Shown: piece by piece, positions 1-7,249 of the stretch
Layout of the letters: each line of letters starts with the position of its first letter
Numbering within the stretch: position 1 is the stretch's first letter
Assembly: GCA_000004985.1 (NCBI GenBank)
Contig: GG739132.1
Source: Naegleria gruberi
Taxonomy: Eukaryota
Strand: one strand, 5' to 3'
DNA: 7,530 bases
Position numbers and translations under genes: made by a program
Notes under the pieces: generated by a model
Told to the model about the DNA's origin: nothing
Seen by the model: only the letters and a program-made list of their open reading frames with translations
Database searches by the model: none

Positions 1-105
1 TAATTCTTTAATTTGCTCTCGTTTCTTCTTACCTGGCAAAAAGCAAACCATCCAACTACAACACTTCAACCACATCCACCATTTCTTTGTAGCTTTCTAT
101 AGAAA

Positions 106-1101
106 ATGTACACTAATGAAAATACCTTTAGCGACAATACTGATGAAGAATTGTTTGACTTTAATTTTGGTTTTCCGTTAACTCATGATGATGAACAAGT
201 ATTGTCAACAACCACTGAATATTTAGGTAGCTTCCAACAACAAAAAGAACATTTACAAGAAGATTTTTCAACAACTTCAGTTGATTCTGTCTTTGTTGAT
301 GATCAAGATTTGGTTGATGGTTTTGCTGCTTTGGAGCAACAAGAAGCTCAACTTATGAGCAATTTGCATGCTTTTGTCTCCATGTATTCTACAGTAGAGA
401 TGGATATTCTTGTTGATCAATATACATTAGCTTCACCAACAACAAGAACTTTCCTCAGTCTTGATCAAAACACTTCTTATGAAAGTGTTGTCGATCAAGT
501 TGTTGTTGGCAAGAAGTCTTCCAAAGACATCTCCAAAGGAAAGTTTGAACACTCTTCGTTTGTGGAAAAGAGAACCAAGAAGGCAAAGAAATCAGAAGAG
601 CAATCGATCAAGAAACGTGCAAAGAAGTCTTCTCCTGATTTATGGGAACACACAAAATTCTCTGAGAGTGCACCTTACTTTGAGATTGTTACTGATGTGA
701 AGGAGATGGAGCTGATTCTTGAAGTAGCTCAAACAAAACGAAGACAAAATGGTCCACTAAATTCAGATAAGAATGATATTGTCCATTACTGTGATTTGTC
801 TTACAAGATTGAACAATTGGATATCAACAAGGTAAATTATGTTTCCCTTAAAGGTTTACTTGATAAGAAGACCATCTACAATGGTGAAAAGTCATCCAAA
901 AGTTATACATGGATTAGATTGAAGGGTACGTCAGAGTACTTCTTTTTATATTGCCAAACTGGCAAAACCAATGCTGTTCATAACATCATGTCAATCAACA
1001 ATACTGAACTGGTCAGTACAAGATCTGACCATCTCTCTAAATATTCTGCAAAATGTTCTGACACTGTCAGAATCATAGGTCCAAAACAAACCAAGTACTA
1101 A
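106..1101 (+). CDS. Hypothetical nuclear protein, 331 aa. Acidic N-terminal region, a basic bipartite-NLS-like stretch (KRTKKAKK...KKRAKK) and a C-terminal globular domain of about 150 aa. Family not recognised.
   Basis: True ATG at 106 with A at -3 (agaaaATGt). Uninterrupted 332-codon frame ending in TAA at 1099-1101. Yeast-like codon preference (TTG, GGT, GCT, AGA, CAA, AAG). GC content is clearly higher than in the flanking intergenic DNA. The CA-rich 5' leader at 40-100 is typical of yeast. Confidence 0.75.
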   Translation: MYTNENTFSDNTDEELFDFNFGFPLTHDDEQVLSTTTEYLGSFQQQKEHLQEDFSTTSVDSVFVDDQDLVDGFAALEQQEAQLMSNLHAFVSMYSTVEMDILVDQYTLASPTTRTFLSLDQNTSYESVVDQVVVGKKSSKDISKGKFEHSSFVEKRTKKAKKSEEQSIKKRAKKSSPDLWEHTKFSESAPYFEIVTDVKEMELILEVAQTKRRQNGPLNSDKNDIVHYCDLSYKIEQLDINKVNYVSLKGLLDKKTIYNGEKSSKSYTWIRLKGTSEYFFLYCQTGKTNAVHNIMSINNTELVSTRSDHLSKYSAKCSDTVRIIGPKQTKY

Positions 1102-1577
1102 CCTACCTGGTTTGCTATGAACCTCGCAAGCGAATACTTAATTTCCCTCAATATTACTCTCAGTATCATACATAAGGATTCACCCATCTTATGTGTGATA
1201 TTGCTGTGATACGGATTGGAAAATAAGGTTTCTATTGCGAATTGAATTCAATCATTGTTTTAATAATTAAATAAAATTCTTTGTAAATGTAATAACATAA
1301 TTAAATTTAATCCTCGGATCATGAAATTAATCATTTAAAAATTCAATAATTCATGATGTTAAGGGTGGAACAAGTTTTATTATTACATTCTTTGCACGTT
1401 TCTTCAAAAAAGGATGATGAAAATCCACTCTGAACAACGTGATTTCCAACCTCACGTTTCATCCATTTCAATCCTGCACCTAAAGTGATGATTTCAAAGC
1501 TTTAAAGAAGGTTACGTTCCTTCATCAAAGCCTAAAAAAACAACACAAAAACAATTCGAAAAGTTCTTTCAATACAA

Positions 1578-1595
1578 TAATAACGGCCGTTATTA
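1578..1595. promoter_or_regulatory. Perfect 18-bp palindrome TAATAACGGCCGTTATTA with a GC core in an AT-rich intergenic region. Candidate upstream activating site for a dimeric transcription factor.
   Basis: Checked base by base: 1578-1586 is the exact reverse complement of 1587-1595. It lies about 230 bp upstream of the candidate ATG at 1827. The sequence is certain; the function is inferred. Confidence 0.35.
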
Positions 1596-1781
1596 GGAGG
1601 CTCCTATTGATTCAGGAAATTCATTTTGTTATATAGATAATATTATTTAGTGTGAATTGAAAACGGACGTTAATCATTTTACATTCATCATTACATTTGG
1701 GAAATTAAATTATAAAAGTTGATAAATCGATTATTCATCATCATCATCAGTGTAAATAGTAACACCACCAAATAATTGTAG

Positions 1782-1788
1782 TATATAA
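1782..1788 (+). promoter_or_regulatory. TATATAA TATA-like element upstream of the candidate ATG at 1827.
   Basis: Consensus TATA heptamer. A second TATA-like run (tatatagataata) lies at about 1632-1644. An ATG with A-rich -3 context (gaaaATGc) follows at 1827, 16 nt before the gap. Confidence 0.3.
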
Positions 1789-1842
1789 TAGTAGTATTTA
1801 AAATAGTATATTAATATTAATTGAAAATGCTCAATACAACAC

Positions 1843-2853
1843 NNNNNNNNNNNNNNNNNNNNNNNNNNNNNNNNNNNNNNNNNNNNNNNNNNNNNNNNNN
1901 NNNNNNNNNNNNNNNNNNNNNNNNNNNNNNNNNNNNNNNNNNNNNNNNNNNNNNNNNNNNNNNNNNNNNNNNNNNNNNNNNNNNNNNNNNNNNNNNNNNN
2001 NNNNNNNNNNNNNNNNNNNNNNNNNNNNNNNNNNNNNNNNNNNNNNNNNNNNNNNNNNNNNNNNNNNNNNNNNNNNNNNNNNNNNNNNNNNNNNNNNNNN
2101 NNNNNNNNNNNNNNNNNNNNNNNNNNNNNNNNNNNNNNNNNNNNNNNNNNNNNNNNNNNNNNNNNNNNNNNNNNNNNNNNNNNNNNNNNNNNNNNNNNNN
2201 NNNNNNNNNNNNNNNNNNNNNNNNNNNNNNNNNNNNNNNNNNNNNNNNNNNNNNNNNNNNNNNNNNNNNNNNNNNNNNNNNNNNNNNNNNNNNNNNNNNN
2301 NNNNNNNNNNNNNNNNNNNNNNNNNNNNNNNNNNNNNNNNNNNNNNNNNNNNNNNNNNNNNNNNNNNNNNNNNNNNNNNNNNNNNNNNNNNNNNNNNNNN
2401 NNNNNNNNNNNNNNNNNNNNNNNNNNNNNNNNNNNNNNNNNNNNNNNNNNNNNNNNNNNNNNNNNNNNNNNNNNNNNNNNNNNNNNNNNNNNNNNNNNNN
2501 NNNNNNNNNNNNNNNNNNNNNNNNNNNNNNNNNNNNNNNNNNNNNNNNNNNNNNNNNNNNNNNNNNNNNNNNNNNNNNNNNNNNNNNNNNNNNNNNNNNN
2601 NNNNNNNNNNNNNNNNNNNNNNNNNNNNNNNNNNNNNNNNNNNNNNNNNNNNNNNNNNNNNNNNNNNNNNNNNNNNNNNNNNNNNNNNNNNNNNNNNNNN
2701 NNNNNNNNNNNNNNNNNNNNNNNNNNNNNNNNNNNNNNNNNNNNNNNNNNNNNNNNNNNNNNNNNNNNNNNNNNNNNNNNNNNNNNNNNNNNNNNNNNNN
2801 NNNNNNNNNNNNNNNNNNNNNNNNNNNNNNNNNNNNNNNNNNNNNNNNNNNNN
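1843..2853. other. Assembly gap (1011 N).
   Basis: Run of N. Reading frames cannot be related across it. Confidence 1.
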
Positions 2854-2862
2854 CTGACATGA

Positions 2863-3444
2863 TTCTCCAACAACTCAACTCAACAACAGCAACAAGTTCC
2901 TGTACAAATTATACTACCAACCAGTGAGGAAGAACAAGAAAAAGAATTGCCAGTTAACGAACCAATCCAAGTAATACAGTTGGAACGTGATGAGCCAACT
3001 CCTACAACCTTTTCAGAATTTGTCTCCTTCTCCTATGAAAGAGTTGGACTGCCCCAAGATTATACACGAGTAAGCATTATCAAGGATGAGATTGGTTCTG
3101 AACCTGCCCTTGTTAAAACTGAAAAAATTTCCAAGAGCAAACACTCCAAAGTTCTCATTCTTCTCAGCAGTGACAGCAACAAGGCAATTAATTATTCAAT
3201 CAAGGTACTAGAGTCGCCAGTCAAACACACACAAACAGGAATAGTTTCTTCTACTGTGGAATATGAACTGGAGAATATTGAAATGGAAATGATTACTCTA
3301 GAGTTTGAATTTACTCATTCTCTCACCAACAGATGGCTTTCTTATTTCACAACTCCAGAACAGATTCCATTCACTATTGAAATTTATGTTCAATCGAGAA
3401 TTCCAGAACATACCTCAACTCTTTCTATTGAATCAATCAATTAA
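2863..3444 (+). CDS. C-terminal portion (3' exon or gap-truncated CDS) of a protein-coding gene. Gln-rich linker followed by a beta-rich C-terminal domain. Family not recognised.
   Basis: Frame opens at 2863 directly after TGA at 2860-2862 and runs to TAA at 3442-3444 (FSNNSTQQQQQVPVQIILPTSEEEQEKELPVNEPIQ...). The ORF-track start at 2947 is TTG, not ATG. The first in-frame ATG is about 118 codons further in, so the true start must be upstream, in or before the gap. Codon usage matches gene 1. Confidence 0.6.
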   Translation, partial: FSNNSTQQQQQVPVQIILPTSEEEQEKELPVNEPIQVIQLERDEPTPTTFSEFVSFSYERVGLPQDYTRVSIIKDEIGSEPALVKTEKISKSKHSKVLILLSSDSNKAINYSIKVLESPVKHTQTGIVSSTVEYELENIEMEMITLEFEFTHSLTNRWLSYFTTPEQIPFTIEIYVQSRIPEHTSTLSIESIN

Positions 3445-3793
3445 AATTATTTGTGACTCTTTCAGAATTGTGAAATTGAGAAACTTTGTATGAGAACAAT
3501 TAGGATAAATGTAAATTTGCAGTTGTTAACTATCCAACGCCTACTGACCTTTCTTTTTCAATAGCCAAGTTAAAAGTACATGTTTACAACATGTTCCTTT
3601 GCTTACGCTTTCAATTAGAAACCATTCGAAATTCGATGAATATATTATTAGTATGAAACTATTCATTTTAGAAGAATGTTCTCTTAACTTCCCAAGGGCG
3701 CCATAATCCGTTAATTATTAAAACAAAAAACCTTCAAATAACAAAGACATGCTCACCTGTCAACATTCAAAAAAATTCAACAAAAAAAAATCT

Positions 3794-3799
3794 TTTATT
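3794..3799 (-). terminator. AATAAA on the element strand, about 45 nt downstream of the ORF2 stop, followed by T-rich runs. Possible polyadenylation positioning signal.
   Basis: Plus strand reads tttatt at 3794-3799. Weak signal: AT-rich context makes chance matches likely. Confidence 0.2.
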
Positions 3800-3843
3800 G
3801 CAATAATAACGAATCTATTCAGATTCTCTTTGAATTTGTAAAT

Positions 3844-6800
3844 TTACATTGAGTCAATATAATAATATCTATAGGAGCGGCCGACAAAGTTAGAAATGGC
3901 TCCCTGGATCTCAGGCCATTTCTCTGCAATGTCTGGGTATTGTTGTACGTATCCATCTTCGAAGAATGTGGTTCCAGAATGGTGGAAGAAGAGTACATGG
4001 TGATGCTTTTCTGGTCTGAATTGAATATGAGTGAGTTTACACTCTCTCTGATCAAGAATATCAGATATTTTTGACAAGCAAAAGTATCTGGCACTATCCA
4101 GAGCAGGGCATTCATGAATATAGTGATTAAGGTCAGATTCTGTGTTACAATCATGACAGAAACTTTTACCCTCACCAAAATTGATGTGGGCATTTGAAGA
4201 GTTTCTCCAAATATAATATTTAGATTTAGGAGACAAATGGGATTTAAGGTAGCTGACGTTGATAGAGTTCCAATCTAGGTTAGGTATGTGATTGGGGTGA
4301 CTCTCAATCTTGTCAAGCATTAGCCTTAAATGTTGTGAGGTAGTTAACCTCTTATAGTCAAAGATTATAATATCGTTCTTTGTGAGGATATATTGATTAA
4401 AGAGTAGTTTACGGATATCAAAGATTTTAGGTTTCAGAGTTGCATTCTTTGCCAATAAATCAACTTTGATATTTTCCTTATCCTTATGAGCTTCAACTTT
4501 CTTGAATTCATATTCAAGTTTTCTATCCTTAATGGTTTTAAAGAAGGCTTTTTTTAGTGGTAGAAAGTTTCCCTTATATCGTTCTTTGAGAACTTCAATT
4601 GCCACATTACTATCAGTATGGATTTTAATCTTGGAGTCTCTTGGGATAACTTTAGCTGCTGTAATAATANNNNNNNNNNNNNNNNNNNNNNNNNNNNNNN
4701 NNNNNNNNNNNNNNNNNNNNNNNNNNNNNNNNNNNNNNNNNNNNNNNNNNNNNNNNNNNNNNNNNNNNNNNNNNNNNNNNNNNNNNNNNNNNNNNNNNNN
4801 NNNNNNNNNNNNNNNNNNNNNNNNNNNNNNNNNNNNNNNNNNNNNNNNNNNNNNNNNNNNNNNNNNNNNNNNNNNNNNNNNNNNNNNNNNNNNNNNNNNN
4901 NNNNNNNNNNNNNNNNNNNNNNNNNNNNNNNNNNNNNNNNNNNNNNNNNNNNNNNNNNNNNNNNNNNNNNNNNNNNNNNNNNNNNNNNNNNNNNNNNNNN
5001 NNNNNNNNNNNNNNNNNNNNNNNNNNNNNNNNNNNNNNNNNNNNNNNNNNNNNNNNNNNNNNNNNNNNNNNNNNNNNNNNNNNNNNNNNNNNNNNNNNNN
5101 NNNNNNNNNNNNNNNNNNNNNNNNNNNNNNNNNNNNNNNNNNNNNNNNNNNNNNNNNNNNNNNNNNNNNNNNNNNNNNNNNNNNNNNNNNNNNNNNNNNN
5201 NNNNNNNNNNNNNNNNNNNNNNNNNNNNNNNNNNNNNNNNNNNNNNNNNNNNNNNNNNNNNNNNNNNNNNNNNNNNNNNNNNNNNNNNNNNNNNNNNNNN
5301 NNNNNNNNNNNNNNNNNNNNNNNNNNNNNNNNNNNNNNNNNNNNNNNNNNNNNNNNNNNNNNNNNNNNNNNNNNNNNNNNNNNNNNNNNNNNNNNNNNNN
5401 NNNNNNNNNNNNNNNNNNNNNNNNNNNNNNNNNNNNNNNNNNNNNNNNNNNNNNNNNNNNNNNNNNNNNNNNNNNNNNNNNNNNNNNNNNNNNNNNNNNN
5501 NNNNNNNNNNNNNNNNNNNNNNNNNNNNNNNNNNNNNNNNNNNNNNNNNNNNNNNNNNNNNNNNNNNNNNNNNNNNNNNNNNNNNNNNNNNNNNNNNNNN
5601 NNNNNNNNNNNNNNNNNNNNNNNNNNNNNNNNNNNNNNNNNNNNNNNNNNNNNNNNNNNNNNNNNNNNNNNNNNNNNNNNNNNNNNNNNNNNNNNNNNNN
5701 NNNNNNNNNNNNNNNNNNNNNNNNNNNNNNNNNNNNNNNNNNNNNNNNNNNNNNNNNNNNNNNNNNNNNNNNNNNNNNNNNNNNNNNNNNNNNNNNNNNN
5801 NNNNNNNNNNNNNNNNNNNNNNNNNNNNNNNNNNNNNNNNNNNNNNNNNNNNNNNNNNNNNNNNNNNNNNNNNNNNNNNNNNNNNNNNNNNNNNNNNNNN
5901 NNNNNNNNNNNNNNNNNNNNNNNNNNNNNNNNNNNNNNNNNNNNNNNNNNNNNNNNNNNNNNNNNNNNNNNNNNNNNNNNNNNNNNNNNNNNNNNNNNNN
6001 NNNNNNNNNNNNNNNNNNNNNNNNNNNNNNNNNNNNNNNNNNNNNNNNNNNNNNNNNNNNNNNNNNNNNNNNNNNNNNNNNNNNNNNNNNNNNNNNNNNN
6101 NNNNNNNNNNNNNNNNNNNNNNNNNNNNNNNNNNNNNNNNNNNNNNNNNNNNNNNNNNNNNNNNNNNNNNNNNNNNNNNNNNNNNNNNNNNNNNNNNNNN
6201 NNNNNNNNNNNNNNNNNNNNNNNNNNNNNNNNNNNNNNNNNNNNNNNNNNNNNNNNNNNNNNNNNNNNNNNNNNNNNNNNNNNNNNNNNNNNNNNNNNNN
6301 NNNNNNNNNNNNNNNNNNNNNNNNNNNNNNNNNNNNNNNNNNNNNNNNNNNNNNNNNNNNNNNNNNNNNNNNNNNNNNNNNNNNNNNNNNNNNNNNNNNN
6401 NNNNNNNNNNNNNNNNNNNNNNNNNNNNNNNNNNNNNNNNNNNNNNNNNNNNNNNNNNNNNNNNNNNNNNNNNNNNNNNNNNNNNNNNNNNNNNNNNNNN
6501 NNNATGTTCATCTTTAATTGTGAGGGCAGCATTAATAAAGCTATTAAGAGCTTCTTCCTCATTGTCATAATCATTAGATCTTCCACTAAGATAAATTGTG
6601 AAGATGTTAATTGGAATTCCACGACTTTCGAATCGTGTCCATTGTAATGTTCCAGGTACGAGATTATTATTTGTAATATTGCGCTTTCTATAATTATTTA
6701 GAAAGTGCATAGCTGCAGTACCTTTGCAACCTTTTCTTGTATTCATTAATGAGTTAAATAATAGGTACCCTGATCCAGAGTTTTTGACTTCTATTTCTAG

Positions 6801-6977
6801 TTCTGGGGTATTTAAGTGAGTTTCAGTTAAACTCATAAAGTGAATTCCATGTGTTAAACACATGGATTTCAATTCAGGAGTAACTGATTTATGGCTTGCG
6901 TGCTTATATAAACCATTTACGTTATAGCACGCTAGCCTTAAACTTGTTGTGGTTCTACTCAAGGTAGAGTAGATGGA
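3844..6977 (-). CDS. Retrotransposon ORF2 polyprotein: APE endonuclease, then reverse transcriptase (inferred, inside gap 4670..6503), then RNase H, then a CX2CX7HX4C cysteine-rich domain. Interrupted by the assembly gap.
   Basis: Frame open from 6977 (after TAA at 6978-6980) to the gap, then open again from 4669 to TAA at 3844-3846. N-terminus is ..SLRLACYNVNGL..(33 aa)..LTETHL, then KGCKGTAAMHF and INIFTIYLS (APE motifs). After the gap comes KIKIHTD, about 33 aa later AHKDKENIKVDLLAK (RNase H D and H..D motifs), then C150-X2-C-X7-H-X4-C166. There is no ATG in the first 33 codons. The ORF-track 'M' at 6962 is TTG. Confidence 0.85.
4108..4158 (-). other. L1-type cysteine-rich motif CX2CX7HX4C (C150 HDC NTESDLN H YIHE C166 of the 253-aa terminal segment).
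   Basis: Counted directly from the translation. It sits just after the RNase H motifs and before the stop, as in L1-clade ORF2 C-termini. Confidence 0.7.
4425..4669 (-). other. RNase H-like domain of ORF2 (C-terminal half; N-terminal half in gap).
   Basis: IKIHTDIVMAIEVL (I.TDS-type third carboxylate motif) and KKVEAHKDKENIKVDLLAKNAT (AHKG..GNE.aD.lA-type H and D motif). Order and spacing match retroviral and LINE RNase H. Confidence 0.6.
4670..6503. other. Assembly gap (1834 N), presumably hiding the reverse transcriptase domain of ORF2.
   Basis: Run of N flanked on both sides by ORF2 coding sequence on the minus strand. Confidence 1.
6504..6962 (-). other. APE-type (exonuclease-endonuclease-phosphatase fold) endonuclease domain of ORF2, N-terminal part.
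   Basis: The NVNGL and LTETHL motifs are spaced as in L1 ORF2 (NINGL ... QETHL). Downstream GVaIli-like and NIYaP-like blocks are present. Confidence 0.85.
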
Positions 6978-7212
6978 TTAGATGATGAACTTAATTCATC
7001 ATCTAACATATTATTATTACTATTATTAGAATCCTCTAACATCTTATTATTAGGATTATTTAACATTTTGTTATCATTATTAGGTCTAATAATATTTGCT
7101 TGTTTAAGTATTTCAACTATATTATTAATATTGTTATTAGTGAGCATGAGCTGTTGAGTTAAATCTATAATACTTTTTTCAATTTTATCAATTCTATTAT
7201 TTGCATTTGTGA

Positions 7213-7249
<37 letters not shown>

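Noticed and set aside
461-700. 79-aa plus-strand ORF in an alternate frame inside gene 1
   Set aside because: Fully nested in a longer, better-supported frame. Lys/Arg/Leu-rich low-complexity translation typical of an out-of-frame reading.
1318-1357. 8-bp inverted repeat ATCATGAA ... TTCATGAT with a 24-nt spacer in the gene 1 3' flank
   Set aside because: Short arms in roughly 20% GC sequence. Expected by chance and no supporting context.
1731-2927. ORF-track entries 1731..2873(-), 1817..2878(-) and 1821..2927(+), made almost entirely of X residues
   Set aside because: They are created by translating the N-gap. Only the few flanking codons are real sequence (the 1827 ATG is kept as a candidate start in the findings).
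2947-2949. ORF-track start 'M' of the 165-aa ORF
   Set aside because: The codon is TTG, not ATG. The tool allows alternative starts, so the frame is treated as open from 2863 and lacking a start in the window.
3305-3493. 62-aa plus-strand ORF overlapping the end of gene 2
   Set aside because: Alternate frame of a stronger CDS. No independent support.
3445-3843. Looked for a tRNA gene next to the retroelement (TRE-like targeting) via A/B boxes (GGTTCGANTCC)
   Set aside because: No B-box or cloverleaf-compatible sequence on either strand. The only TTCGAA-containing stretch (3620-3640) lacks the flanking GG/CC and an acceptor stem.
3819-4193. 124-aa minus-strand ORF overlapping ORF2
   Set aside because: Alternate frame nested in the ORF2 C-terminal region that carries the Cys motif.
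4502-6622. Plus-strand ORFs 4502..6517 and 4618..6570 and minus-strand ORF 4652..6622 across the second gap
   Set aside because: Artefacts of the N-run. The real coding frame on both flanks is minus-strand ORF2, reported separately.
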